Source of the DNA: Chiloscyllium plagiosum
Lineage: Eukaryota
NCBI RefSeq assembly: GCF_004010195.1
Contig: NC_057756.1
Location: forward strand, 5,073,852-5,137,851
Length of the DNA stretch: 64,000 nucleotides
Direction of reading: 5' to 3'
This document shows positions 1 to 12,917 of this stretch, piece after piece. Within the stretch, counting starts at the first letter, position 1, and the number at the start of each line of letters is the position of its first letter. The position numbers and the translations under genes were made by a program. The notes under the pieces were generated by a model, which did not search any database, was not told the DNA's origin, and saw only the letters and a program-made list of their open reading frames with translations.

Positions 1-984
1 AGTAACCCTTAAACTCTCTTTAAACTCCCACATCTGACAAGAAGTACATATCACTGCAAAGGCCATTTTTGCTCCTTCACAATCTACAGACCCAGAAAAT
101 AACACCGTCTTATTCCTCGACCAACACTGCCCCAAGTTAAGATAAAAGCTATGGCTTCTATTTTAAGTTTAATCAAGAGACTTATCTCCAAAAACATATA
201 ATCAAGAAAGAACCCACTGTACTCACCAAAGATCCTCAGACAACACCTTCCAAACCACTTCCATCGAGAAGGACAAGGGCAGCAGACACAAGGGAACATT
301 TGTCCCTCTCAAGTTCCCCTCCAATCTTTCTCTTGGACAGACTTAAAACAACAATTAACTGATCTGATTCTGTGCTGTGAACTTCGCCCAAACCAGTTTC
401 TCCAAGATTAATTGTGAAATTCACTGTTTGTTAATTTTCCCAGGCGCACTCTGATGTCCAGCGATACACGAATTCAAACAGCAAAGGCAGTAACTGTGCA
501 ATTCTCTCTCTCCCTCTCTCTCTCTCTTGCACTGTCTGCTCTTCTCCCTTTTAAAACTGCTGTTGTTTTGACTTTTTTTTTCTAAAAAGTTGTAAAACAA
601 TTCAACAGCATATAAAACAGTAATTGCTGCTCCTGGAATTCGAGGAAATCACCTCCAGCACCTAAAAAAAACCTCAAAACAAGGAGCAGCTCTTACAGCC
701 AGAAATTTTTCCCATCCTCCATCTTCCTCTGGCATCCATCCTCTCCATAAAAAGGTCCCCCTTTTCGGTCCCTTTTAAGTCTTTCCCCTCTCACCCTAAA
801 CCTATGCCCTCTAATTCTGGACTGCCCCACCCCTCAAGGGAAAAGACTTTGTCTGTTTACTCCTATCCATGCCTCTTATGATTTTATAAACTTCTATAAG
901 GTCACCCCTCAGCCTCCAACGCTCCAGTATTGCCCAACTCTCGATCCCCTCTGAGATGTTGGGGAGGAGCTGCGTTTTTGAACC

Positions 985-1660
985 ATTACACCCCCTGTGC
1001 TATCGGTCCACCCGCTCTACCATTAGGATATTCCAGGATTATGATCCAGTGACACTGAAACAATGGCAGCGTATTTGCAAGTCTGGATGGCGAGTGTGTT
1101 GGAGGGGAACTTGAGAGGGACGAATGTTCCCTTGTGTCTGCTGTCCTTGTCCTTCTCGATGGAAGTGGTTTGGAAGGTGTTGTCTGAGGATCTTTGGTGA
1201 ATTTCTGCACGGCATCTTGTAGATGGTATACCCTGTTGCTACTCAGCGTCGGTGTGGGAGGGAGTGGGTGTTTGTGGACGTGGTGCCAATCAAGTGGGGG
1301 CTGCTTTGTCCCTGGATGGCGTCGAGTTTCTTGAGTGTTGTTGGAGCTGCCCCCATCCAGGGGCAAGTGGGGCAGTATTCCAGCACACTCCTGACTTGTG
1401 CCGTTATAGATGGTGGACAGGCCTTGGGGAGTTGGAAGATGAGTTACTCGCTGCAGGATTCCTAGCCGCTGACCTGCTGTCATAGCCATAGAGTTGAGTT
1501 TCAGGTCAATGATAATTCCCAGGATGTTGACAGTGGGGCATTCAGTGATGGTGGCACCATTGAATATCAAGGGACAGTGGTTCATTTGTGACTGGTCATA
1601 GCCTGGCATTCAAGTGGCGTGAATGTTCCTTGCCACTTGTCAGCCCAAGTTTGGATATCA
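985..1660 (-). mobile_element. LINE (CR1/L2 group) ORF2 C-terminal fragment; related copies at about 34105-34765(+), 47020-47385(-), 54120-54800(+), 60110-60740(-)
   Basis: Shared translation AGQRLGILQRVTHL..PQ.LSTI...TTLKKLDTIQDKA...RRSVAA.CTIYKMHC. Confidence 0.75.
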
Positions 1661-2169
1661 GATGGGCATATATACAGCAACACAGCTCCACACCAGCCAG
1701 GTGCACAAACCTTTGTCAGGTAGAAGGTTAGTTTTTAAGTTCCTCATTCCCAGGAAAGTTCACAGTGCAGTGAACAGAAGATAAGTCCTCTTCAGACTTC
1801 TTCCTCTTTTTAGAATTTGTTTCTTTCTTCTCGATTTTCTGTATTCCTTCACGGTTTTACGGGTGCCACTCACTAGGCCCGCCCTCCCAACATCGTTCCT
1901 GAACTGAGTGAGTACTCGGCCATTTTGTAAGTGCGTTCAGAGGCAGGCGGCCATGTTGCCGTGGTTGTCAAGTCACCCAGATATAATCGACAGACTTCCT
2001 TACCTAAAAAGAGCGAGGAAGCCAGAAGAGGAAATGCACAGTCATGGTTAGGCTTTATTTTGCTGCTCGTCGGATGCTGCCTGAATTGCTGTGCTCTTCC
2101 AGCACCACTGATCCAGAATTTCCACCAAAATTGCTTGGGCCCAGAAGGAAGCCATTTTAAAGGTCTATT

Positions 2170-3345
2170 CTTTAAATGGAGAGTAATTGCAGCACGCTGC
2201 TGTGCAGAGTGACCTGAGTGTCCTTGGACATGGATTGCAAAAGATTGGTTTGCAGCTGCAACAGGTAATTAAGGAGGCAATTGCTCGAGTTTAAAAACAA
2301 GGAGGTTATGCTGCAGCTGGATCGGGGGCTGGTGAGGCCAACCGGGAGTAAAGTGTACAGTTTTGGTCTCCTTACTTGAGAAAGGATGTTCTTAGCGAGT
2401 TTACCAGGATACACGAACGCCAACTAGCCACAAAAAGACATGACCCTCTTTCGCTAGTACCCTCACATACGGATGAGGAAGGACATCACTTCGACTGGGG
2501 CAACACATCCATCCTAGGACAAGCCAAACAGAGACATGCACGATAATTCCTAGAAGCATGGATATCCAACCAGAACTCTATCAACAAACACATCGAGTTT
2601 GACACCATCCACCACCCCCTGAGAAAAGGAACAGGACGTGACGTCACCACGGGGAAATAATGTCACCACAGGAAATGACATCACCAACCCAAAGAAACCC
2701 AAACATAAATAGAAAGCAGGAATATTCAGCAGTGCTTCGTCTGAGGCCCACTGGAGATGTTACCTAGTAGAGTGACAAAACGTCTGGAAATGGACCTTCC
2801 AGCTCAATGAGCAAACCTACATCCAAAAGGATGTTCTGGCACTGGAGGGGATGCAGAGGAGGTTGATGAGGTAGATGCTGGAGTTGAGAGGGTTGCCTTA
2901 TGAGGACAGAGTGTGCAGACTGGGACTATACTCAAATGAAATTTTGAAGAGTGATGGGGGAGGTCTTATAGAAACAGAAAACATGAGGAAGGAAAGAGAT
3001 AAGATCGAAGCAGGGAGGTTGTTTCCACTGGTGGGTGAAACTAGAACTAGGGGGCATAGCCTCAAAATAAGTAGGGGGGGGGGGGGAGCCAATTTTGGCC
3101 TGAGCTGAGGAGAAACCTCTTCACCCAGAGAGTTGGGAATCGGTGGAATTCCCCGCCCAGTGAAGCAGTTGTGGTTACCTCGTTGGATGCTTTTAAGACA
3201 ACGGTCGATTTTTGAACGGGAAAGGGATTGAGGTTGTGGTGAGAGGGTGGGTAAGTGGTGATCAGCCATGATTGTATTGAATGGCAGAACGGGCTAGAGG
3301 GGCCAAATGGCCTAGTCCTGCTCCAGTTTCTGATGTCCTTATGAC
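2170..3345 (+). mobile_element. CR1-type LINE 3' fragment, host of the Penelope insertion
   Basis: LRGLPYEDRVCRLGLYS...LFPLVGETRTRGHSLKI and a typical CR1 tail. Confidence 0.8.
2393..2825 (+). mobile_element. Penelope-like element 3' fragment (GIY-YIG endonuclease C-terminus + terminal repeat) nested in a CR1-type LINE
   Basis: From 2406 it reads RIHERQLATKRHDPLSLVPSHTDEEGHHFDWGNTSILGQAKQRHAR*FLEAWISNQNSINKH. It is flanked by the 12-bp direct repeat AAAGGATGTTCT (2381-2392, 2826-2837) and has a decayed hammerhead-like motif at 2748-2787. Confidence 0.82.
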
Positions 3346-4500
3346 CCATCGTGCCTGCTCCATTACCTTGAGGTGATCTCTTGTCCCTCTTCCCATGTCC
3401 CTCAGCACCATCTATACGCTCATCACTATCCAAAGCCCGCTTGGATGCCTTAATATGGACCCTCCCACCTCATGTCCAGGCAGTGTGTTCCATAAGGCCG
3501 CTAGGTAGGGCAGCAGAATCCGGCCATTCGGCCCATTGAGTCAGTCCCACCATTCCATCAGGGCTGATATGTTGCTCAATCCCGTTCTCCTACCTTCTCT
3601 CCGTAAACCGCAATCCCCTCATCAATCAAGAAACTACCTATGTCTGTCTTAAATCCACTCAATGACTTGGCCTCCACAGCCCCCTGAGGTAACGGCTGAA
3701 GAAATCTCTCCTCATCTCTGTTTGAAAGGGTCGTCCCCTCACTCTGAGGCTGTGCTCCTGGTCTCTCCTACTATTGGAAACATCTCCTCCACCTCTGCTC
3801 TATTTAGGGCCTCTCGGTATTCTGTACGTATCAATCAGATCCCCTCCCTCATCATTCTAAACTCCATCAAGAACAGACCCCTCATCTGTTCCCCATATGA
3901 CAAACTGTTCATCCCCAGGGTCATTCTTGTAAATCTCCTCGAAGACCCTTCCTAAGCCAACTCATCCTTCCTTAGACACGGAGCCTAAAACTGCTCACAA
4001 TATGCTCTACACGGGTTGACTAGAGCCTTACACAGCCTCAGCAATATATCCCTGCTCTTGTCTGCTAACCCTTCCGAAATGTTTTTAAAACAAGTTGAAT
4101 TCAAATTTCACCACCTGCTTTAGCGGGATTCGAACCCACATCCACAGCGCAGAATTGTGCGTAGCTAGTAAAGTTGATTGGCCTCAGCACGTGGTCGCTG
4201 CAGTAATGGCTACCAGACTGGTTAAGAGCCGCGATGAAGCATGCTGGGAGTTTTGTTCATGCTCGCCTGAACTCTGACCTCAATTCCAAACAGCCGCCAA
4301 GGTGTGTTATGACCTGCGGCTCGCTGTGTTGACCAAACGTGCAGGTGCCATGTGACTGGATGGACAATTATGATACCATACTGGAGCACAGATTGTGGCT
4401 CCATGGGCTGGGATCGAACAATGTGGTTTTGATCAATTCACTGGCTGACGGTCAGAGACCTTACCGGAAAGGGGCACATTTTCAGATTAGTTGCAGTTGT

Positions 4501-4818
4501 GCGGCACGGGGGATCAGTGATTAGCACTGCTGCCTCACAGCACCAGGGTCCTGGGTTCGATTCCAGCCTCAGGCGACTGTCTGTGTGGAGTTTGCACAAT
4601 GTCTCCGTGACTGCGTGGGTTTTCTCTGGATGCTCCGGTTCCCTCCCACAATCCAAAGATGCGCAGGTCAGGTGGATTAGCCATGCTAAATTACCCCACC
4701 GTGTTAGTCAGGGGTAAATGTAGGGTAGGGGAATGGGTTGGGGTGGGTTTCTCTTCAGAGGGGCGGTGTGGACTTGTTTGGCCGAAGGGCCTGTTTCCAC
4801 ACTGTAGAGAATCTAATC
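4501..4818 (+). mobile_element. tRNA-derived V-SINE (HE1-like)
   Basis: tRNA-like head with A/B boxes (GGTTCGATTCC), core TGTGTGGAGTTTGCAC, CR1-like tail GGGCCTGTTTCCACACTGTAG. Confidence 0.85.
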
Positions 4819-5160
4819 TTTACAGAGTAAAGGAATTTCCTCAGGAGAAACCTTCCAGATCACATTTCAGAAATGCGTGCCCTGAGGTAATTTTCAAAGA
4901 ACCAGGAGACAAAATCCAAACAGAGAACAAAATTGGTCATGGGTCGGGGGTAGTAATTAATTTGAAGTCAAATTTATAGAGTTAGAGTTAGAGTAAGGGT
5001 TAACTGTGGATTAAGTGAAATGATGGCGTTAAAGTTGAAGTTAACGTAGATGAAATAAGGAAATGTTGCAATGAATGTATGTTTTATATTGAGTATTGGT
5101 GCTTAAGCTGTTAAATTAAACTGTAAACATTGTGTTTCTTATCATCTTATACTCCACAAC

Positions 5161-5195
5161 CACCTGATGAAGGAGCAGCGCTCTGAAAGCTAGTG
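5161..5195 (+). ncRNA. Minimal hammerhead ribozyme motif (Penelope-type, family A)
   Basis: CAC-CTGATGA-A-GGAGC-agc-GCTCT-GAA-AGCT-A-GTG: core boxes, stem II, palindromic AGCT in place of stem III, stem I CAC/GTG. Confidence 0.72.
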
Positions 5196-5780
5196 CTTCC
5201 AAATAAACCTGTTGGACTAAAACCTGATTTTTAACAATAATAAAGAAGGTGCTGTTCAGCTAACATCTGAATCCCTGCCTCCCGAGGGTAGGACACCTGG
5301 GTAAAAGTTTGAGTATTTTTGCTCAAGGTGGGACAGGGACCATGGCTGAAGGGAAGGGTGATGATTTGTGAAGAAATTGTTGTGATTTGTTTGAATAGTG
5401 AGTCTCTCCCAATCCAATTCTCCACAGAGCCAGCAGGGGTGAGTGGTGTCTCGATGGTAGATTATTCTGCATCGACTTCCTGGTCGGAGTGATAAATGGA
5501 GAGACGCAAAGATTTGTGGAAATTCTTGACTGCAGTCTCCAGGGGACCACCTGGTGCTACATGACATTGCGTGTCAACAAACATCATTGAGATAACAGAT
5601 TGGCGGGACTGGGAGATAAAGTGGTTAACTGCATGTACGGGATAGCTGATGTTGTTGGGCTGGGGTGGACAAAAGTTAAAAATCACACAACACGAGGTTA
5701 TAATTTAACAGGTTGATTTGAAAATGCAAGCTTTTGGAGGGCTGCTCCTTTGTCAGATAACTGGCTTCACTTGGAGGTCG

Positions 5781-5820
5781 CCACTGATGATGTTACCTCG
5801 CCAGGGAATGAAACGTCGGG
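5781..5820 (+). ncRNA. Minimal hammerhead ribozyme motif (family C, partly decayed)
   Basis: CCA-CTGATGA-T-GTTACC-tcgcca-GGGAAT-GAA-ACGT-C-GGG; same family as the motif at 2748-2787 downstream of the GIY-YIG fragment. Confidence 0.58.
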
Positions 5821-6475
5821 ATATCAAACCTACAGCTCAGCGAGCAAACCTACACCCTAAACCCCAACCTGAGCGACAAACCTTCACAAACCTCGTAAAA
5901 AAAGATAACTAGTGGGGCAGGATACAAAATTTATAAGGTCCAACTGATGCGATGTATTGAACAAACCCGGAGATCTTGGGTGGCACCTTTTCCCCCCCTC
6001 CCACACCCCACTCTCATGTGGACCCCGCCTTGGAGGATGGTCACCCGAAGATCCGAAGCCGAATTTCCCGGACCACTGAAGATGCCTGACTGGGATCCTC
6101 ACACCTTTAATGCATTGTCTGAGCTGAGATATCATTTTTTTTTAATATATATATACTGTTAAAACCTTAAGTTATCACGGGGCAGTGAATTGAACGAAAT
6201 TCTGGGATTTACATATTGATCAATCGAAATTTGTACTTCCACAGTGGTCTGGCTGAGGCCTAACCAGTGTTTATACAGTTCCAGCCTCTCTGCTCTTAAA
6301 CTCTAAGCCTCGGCTAATAACATTGAAGAGCACACAACAACCAGGTCAGAGTCAACCATGTTTGTTAGGAAACACAAGTTTTCAGATCGCTGCTCCTTCA
6401 TCAGCTCGCTGAGATCATAGGACACAGAATTTATAGTAAAAGATCAAGGTGGGAGTTACACTTAACATGACGAGG

Positions 6476-6975
6476 NNNNNNNNNNNNNNNNNNNNNNNNN
6501 NNNNNNNNNNNNNNNNNNNNNNNNNNNNNNNNNNNNNNNNNNNNNNNNNNNNNNNNNNNNNNNNNNNNNNNNNNNNNNNNNNNNNNNNNNNNNNNNNNNN
6601 NNNNNNNNNNNNNNNNNNNNNNNNNNNNNNNNNNNNNNNNNNNNNNNNNNNNNNNNNNNNNNNNNNNNNNNNNNNNNNNNNNNNNNNNNNNNNNNNNNNN
6701 NNNNNNNNNNNNNNNNNNNNNNNNNNNNNNNNNNNNNNNNNNNNNNNNNNNNNNNNNNNNNNNNNNNNNNNNNNNNNNNNNNNNNNNNNNNNNNNNNNNN
6801 NNNNNNNNNNNNNNNNNNNNNNNNNNNNNNNNNNNNNNNNNNNNNNNNNNNNNNNNNNNNNNNNNNNNNNNNNNNNNNNNNNNNNNNNNNNNNNNNNNNN
6901 NNNNNNNNNNNNNNNNNNNNNNNNNNNNNNNNNNNNNNNNNNNNNNNNNNNNNNNNNNNNNNNNNNNNNNNNNNN
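6476..6975. other. Assembly gap (500 N)
   Basis: Run of N. Confidence 1.
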
Positions 6976-9900
6976 GGAATGGTTACAGTGACTGTCAGAG
7001 GGAACTGCACCCTGTCCGCCTCGATTCGGCGTTACAGTCCCAGGGAATGGTTACAGTGACTGTCAGAGGGAACTGCATCCTGTCAGTCTCCAATCGGTGT
7101 TACAGTCCCAGGGAACGGTTACAGTGACTGTCAGAGGGAACTGCACCCTGTGAGTCTCCAATTGGCATTACAGTGCCAGGGAACGGTTACAGTGACTGTC
7201 AGAGGGAACTGCACCCTGTCAGTTTCCAATCGGCGTTACAGTCCCAGGGAACGATTACAGTGACTGTCAGAGGAAACTGCACCCTGTCAGTCTCCAATCG
7301 GCGTTACAGTCCCAGGGAACGGTTACAGTGACTGTCAGAGGGAACTGCACCCTGTCAGTCTCCAATCGGCGTTACAGTCCCAGGGAACGGTTACAGTGAC
7401 TGTCAGAGGGAACTGCACCCTGTCAGTCTCCAATCGGCGTTACAGTCCCAGGGAATGATTACAGTGACTGTCAGAGGGAACTGTTGTCTGTCCGCCTACA
7501 ATCGGCGTTACAGTCCAGGGAACGGTTACAGTGACTGTCAGAGGGACCTGTTGTCTGTCCGTCTCCAATCGGCGTTACAGTCCCAGTGAACGGTTACAGT
7601 GACTGTCAGAGGGAATTGCACCCTGTCCGTCTCCATTCTGCGTTACAGTCCAGGGAATGGTTACAGTGACTGTCAGAGGGAACTGCAATCTGTCAGTCTC
7701 CAATCAGCGTTACAGTCCCAGGGAATGGTTCCAGTGACTGTCAGTGGGAACTGCACCCTGTCAGTCTCCAATCGTTGTTACAGTCCCAGTGAATGGTTAC
7801 AGTGACTGTCAGAGGGAACTGCACCCTGTCAGTCCCCAATCGGCGTTACAGTCCCAGGGAATGGTTACAGTGACTGTCAGAGGGAACTGCAATCTGTCAG
7901 TCTCCAATCGGCATTACAGTCCCAGTGAATGGTTACTGTGACTGTCAGAGGGAGCTGCACCCTGTCCATCTCCAATCAGCGTTACAGTCCCAGGGAATGG
8001 TTCCAGTGACTGTCAGTGGGAACTGCACCCTGTCAGTCTCCAATCGGCGTTACAGTCCCAGGGAATGGTTACAGTGACTGTCAGAGGGAACTGCACCCTG
8101 TCAGTCTCCAATCAGCGTGACAGTCCCAGGGAACGAGGACAGTGACTGTCAGAGGGAACTGCAATCTGTCACTCTCCAATCGGTGTTACAGTCCCAGTGA
8201 ACGGTCACAGTGCGTGTTAGAGGGAACTGGACCCTGTCCGTCTCCAATCGGCGTTACAGTTCCAGTGAATGGTTACAGTGACTGTCAGAGGGAACTGCAC
8301 CCTGTCAGTCTCCAATCAGCGTTACAGTCCCAGTGAATGGTTACAGTGACTGTCAGTGGGAACTGCACCCTGTCAGTTTCCAATCGACGTTACAGTCCCA
8401 GTGAATGGTTACAGTGACTGTCAGAGGGAACTGCACCCTGTCAGTCTCCAGTCAGCGTTACAGTCCCAGGGAACGCGGACAGTGACTGTCAGAGGGAACT
8501 GCACCCTGTCAGTCTCCAATCAGCATGACAGTCCCAGTGAATGGTTACAGTGACTGTCAGAGGGAACTGCACCCTGTCAGTCTCCAATCGGCGTTACAGT
8601 CCCAGGGAATGGTTACAGTGACTGTCAGAGTGAGCTGCACCCTGTCAGTCTCCAATTGGCGTTACAGTGCCAGGGAACGGTTACAGTGACTGTCAGAGGG
8701 AACTGCACCCTGTCAGTCTCCAATCAGCGTTACAGTCCCAGGGAACGAGGACAGTGACTGCCAGAGGGAACTGCTATCTGTTAGTCTCCAATCGGCGTTA
8801 CAGTCCCAGTGAACGGTCACAGTGAGTGTTAGAGGGAACTGGACCCTGTCCGTCTGCAATCGGCGTTACAGTTCCAGTGAACGGTTACAGTGACTGTCAG
8901 AGGGAACTGCACCCTGTCAGTCTCCAATCAGCATGACAGTCCCAGTGAATGGTTACAGTGACTGTCAGAGGGAACTGCACCCTGTCAGTCTCCAATCGGC
9001 GTTACAGTCCCAGGGAATGTTTACAGTGACAGTCAGAGGGAGCTGCACCCTATCAGTCTCCCATTGGCGTTACAGTGCCAGGGAACGGTTAGAGTGACTG
9101 TCAGAGGGAACTGCACCCTGTCAGTCTCCAATCGGCGTTACAGTCCCAGGGAACGGTTACAGCGACTGTCAGAGGGAACTGTTGTCTGTCCGTCTCCAAT
9201 CGGCGTTACAGTCCCAGGGAACGGTTACAGCGACTGTCAGAGGGAACTGTTGCCTGTCCGTCTCCAATCGGTGTTACAGTCCCAGGGAACGGTTACAGTG
9301 ACTGTCAGAGGGAACTGCACTCTGTCAGTCTCCAATCAGTGTTAAAGTCCCAGGGAATGGTTACAGTGACTGTCAGAGGGAACTGCACCCTGTCCGCCTC
9401 GATTCGGCGTTACAGTCCCAGTGAACGGTTGCAGTGACTGTCAGAGGGAACTGCACCCTGTCAGTCTCCAATTGGCGTTACAGTCCCAGGGAACGGTTAC
9501 AGTGACTGTCAGAGGGAACTGCACTCTGTCCGTCTCCAATCGGCCTTATAGTCCCAGGGAATGGTTACAGTGACTGTCAGAGGGAACTGTTGTCTGTCCG
9601 CCTCCAATCGGCGTTACAGTCCAGGGAACGGTTACAGTGACTGTCAGAGGGAACTGTTGTCCGTCTCCAATCGGCGTTACAGTCCCAGTGAACGGTTACA
9701 GTGACTGTCAGAGGGAATTGCACCCTGTCCGTCTCCAATCAGCGTTACAGTCCCAGGGAACGGTTACAGCGACTGTCAGAGGGAACTGTTGTCTGTCCTT
9801 CTCCAATCAGCGTTACAGTCCCAGGGATTGGTTCCAGTGACTGTCAGTGGGAACTGCACCCTGTCAGTCTCCAATCAGCGTTACAGTCCCAGTGAATGGT

Positions 9901-11653
9901 TACACTGACTGTCAGAGGGAACTGCACCCTGTCCGTCTCCAATCGGCGTTACAGTCCCAGGGAATGGTTACAGTGACTATCAGAGGGAACTGCACCCTGT
10001 CAGTCTCCAATCGGTGTTACAGTCCCAGGGAATGGTTACAGTGACTGTCAGAGGGAACTGCACTCTGTCCGTCTCCAATTGGCATTACAGTCCCAGTGAA
10101 TGGTTACAGTGACTGTCAGAGGGAACTGTTGTCTGTCCGTCTCCAATCGGCGTTACAGTCCCAGGGAATGGTTACAGTGACTGTCAGAGGGAACTGCACT
10201 CTGCCAATCTCTAATCGGCGTTACAGTCCACGGAACGCTTACAGTGACTGTCAGAGGGAACTGCACTCTGTCCGTCTCCAATCGGCGTTACAGTGTAGGG
10301 AACGGTTACAGTGACTGTCAGAGGGAACTGCACTCTGTCAATCTCCAATCGGCGTTACAGTCCAGGGAACAGTTACAGTGACTTTCAGAGGGAACTGTTG
10401 TCTGTCCGTCTCCAATCGGCGTTACAGTCCTAGGGAACGGTTACAGTGACTGTCAGAGGGAATTGCACCCTGTCCGTCTCCAATCAGCGTAACAGCCCCA
10501 GGGAACGGTTACAGCGACTGTCAGAGGGAACTGTTGTCCGTCCTTCTCCAATCAGCGTTACAGTCCAGGGAACGGTTACAGTGACTGTCAGAGGGAACTG
10601 TTGTCTGTCCGTCTCCAATCGGCGTTACAGTCCCAGTGAACGGTTACAGTGACTGTCAGAGGGAATTGCACCCTGTCCGTCTCCAATCAGCGTTACAGTC
10701 CCAGGGAACGGTTACAGCGACTGTCAGAGGGAACTGTTGTCTGTCCTTCTCCAATCAGCGTTACTGTCCCAGGGAATGTTTCCAGTGACTGTCAGAGGGA
10801 ACTGCACCCTGTCAGTCTCCAATCGGCGTTACAGTCCCAGGAAATTGGTACAGTGACTGTCAGAGGGAACTGCACTCTGTACGTCTCCAATCGGCATTAC
10901 AGTCCCAGTGAATGGTTACAGTGACTGTCAGAGGGAACTGTTGTCTGTCCGTCTCCAATCGGCGTTACAGTCCCAGGGAATGGTTACAGTGACTGTCAGA
11001 GGGAACTGCACTCTGCCAATCTCCAATCGGCGTTACATTCCAGGGAACGCTTACAGTGACTGTCAGAGGGAACTGCACTCTGTCCGTCTCCAATCGGCGT
11101 TACAGTGCAGGGAACGGTTACAGTGACTGTCAGAGGGAATTGCACCCTGTCCGTCTCCAATCAGCGTTACAGTCCCAGGGAACGGTTACAGCGACTGTCA
11201 GAGGGAACTGTTGTCTGTCCTTCTCCAATCAGCGTTACAGTCCCAGGGAATGGTTCCAGTGACTGTCAGTGGGAACTGCACCCTGTCAGTCTCCAATCGG
11301 CGTTACAGTCCCAGGGAACGGTTACAGTGGTCAGAGGGAACTGCACCCTGTCCGTCTCCAATCGGCATTACAGTCCCAGGGAACGGTTACAGTGACTGTC
11401 AGAGAGAACTGCACCCTGTCCGTCTCCAATCGGCGTTACAGTCCCAGTGAACGGTTACAGTGACTGTCAGAGGGAACTGCACCCTGTCCGTCTCCAATCG
11501 GCGTTACAGTCCCAGTGAACGGTTACAGAGACTGTGAGAGGGAACTGCACCCTGTCAGTCTCCAATCCGCGTTACAGTCCCAGGGAACGGTTACAGTGAC
11601 TGTCAGAGGGAACTGCACTCTGCCAATCTCCAATCAGCGTTACAGTCCCAGTG
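6976..11653. repeat. 68-bp minisatellite, about 69 visible copies, left end hidden in a gap
   Basis: Unit GGTTACAGTGACTGTCAGAGGGAACTGCACCCTGTCAGTCTCCAATCGGCGTTACAGTCCCAGGGAAC (starts at 7321 and 7389). Confidence 0.98.
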
Positions 11654-11745
11654 AGAGAGCGCTGTTGTGTTGTGGTGCACCAGGAAGAGCGGATCAGTCA
11701 GTGAGTGGATGAGGGAGCGGTGTGAGCTCTCTGAGCTGAGCTAAC

Positions 11746-11794
11746 ATGTTCCTGACCATTACCGTGCTCGCTGCCTGTCTGCTGCTCCCTGAGG
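11746..11794 (+). CDS. Exon 1, signal peptide (MFLTITVLAACLLLPE)
   Basis: ATG in ctaacATG, hydrophobic leader, phase-1 donor G|GTGAGC at 11795, 122-bp intron ending in a pyrimidine tract + CAG. Confidence 0.88.
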
Positions 11795-11916
11795 GTGAGC
11801 ATCTCCCTGGACCTGTCGCTGCTGTGACCCCCCGCTCGGCTGGCGGGGACGGGTTGCTGCTGCTCCCACACTCAGCCCCTCTGCTGACCGGCTTCTCTCT
11901 GTTTCTCTCCTTTCAG

Positions 11917-12231
11917 TCGAGCCCCAGAATCTCGCGATCACGGGGGAGAGTTCGATTAACGTGACCGTCGGAGACACCGCAAACTTTACCGTGAAGCCGT
12001 CCGCTGCCGTGAGGAATGGGAACTGGGAATTCACTGGCAAGAATATTGGCCTGTGGATCGGTTCATCTGCTTCTATCAGCAATGAGTATCAGTCCAGGGC
12101 TGTGATTCTCACACCCAATGGATCTCTGGTGTTGAAGTCAGTGACAAGCTCAGACAGTGGGGAGTACACTGTTACCATGGTCCCCGAGGTAGGGGCTCAA
12201 GCATCGAAGACTATCACCCTACATGTACTTG
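11917..12231 (+). CDS. Exon 2, IgV-like N domain without cysteines
   Basis: Acceptor tctcctttcag, donor G|GTAAGA. YQSRAVILTPNGSLVLKSVTSSDSGEYTV resembles the CEACAM N-domain pattern Y..R....N.SL...V...D.G.YT; no Cys in the exon. Confidence 0.92.
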
Positions 12232-12504
12232 GTAAGAAGTTACTGTTGACTGGGGACCTGCTGGGATGGGTGGGGGGGCTCTATCAATTACACTGAGAAG
12301 GACCCTCTCCCCTTCTATTGTCTTGATGCATGTTTGACAAAGGGAGAAACGCAAAAGCTAAGCTGCACTTACACTCAGCTCCAGATCCCACACCCGACAC
12401 CAGCCTCAGAGACGGTGCCCACCGCACCGGAGGGTATTGGCTGCAGAGGAATGGGGCGGCTCAGCTGTACGTGCCACCTGCCCACCCACACACACACAGC
12501 CCCT

Positions 12505-12917
12505 NNNNNNNNNNNNNNNNNNNNNNNNNNNNNNNNNNNNNNNNNNNNNNNNNNNNNNNNNNNNNNNNNNNNNNNNNNNNNNNNNNNNNNNNNNNNNNNN
12601 NNNNNNNNNNNNNNNNNNNNNNNNNNNNNNNNNNNNNNNNNNNNNNNNNNNNNNNNNNNNNNNNNNNNNNNNNNNNNNNNNNNNNNNNNNNNNNNNNNNN
12701 NNNNNNNNNNNNNNNNNNNNNNNNNNNNNNNNNNNNNNNNNNNNNNNNNNNNNNNNNNNNNNNNNNNNNNNNNNNNNNNNNNNNNNNNNNNNNNNNNNNN
12801 NNNNNNNNNNNNNNNNNNNNNNNNNNNNNNNNNNNNNNNNNNNNNNNNNNNNNNNNNNNNNNNNNNNNNNNNNNNNNNNNNNNNNNNNNNNNNNNNNNNN
12901 NNNNNNNNNNNNNNNNN
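12505..12917. other. Assembly gap in intron 2
   Basis: Run of N. Confidence 1.

Noticed and set aside
4501..4575. tRNA genes at SINE heads
   Set aside because: Each tRNA-like head continues into a shared SINE core and CR1-like tail.
6976..11653. CRISPR array or repeat-protein ORFs
   Set aside because: Head-to-tail units with no unique spacers, no cas genes and a eukaryotic context; 68 bp is not a multiple of 3 and the frames stop frequently.
11917..12231. Antigen-receptor V domain (IgNAR, TCR, IgW)
   Set aside because: No canonical cysteines, no RSS, and the downstream domains are CEACAM A/B type rather than C1-set.
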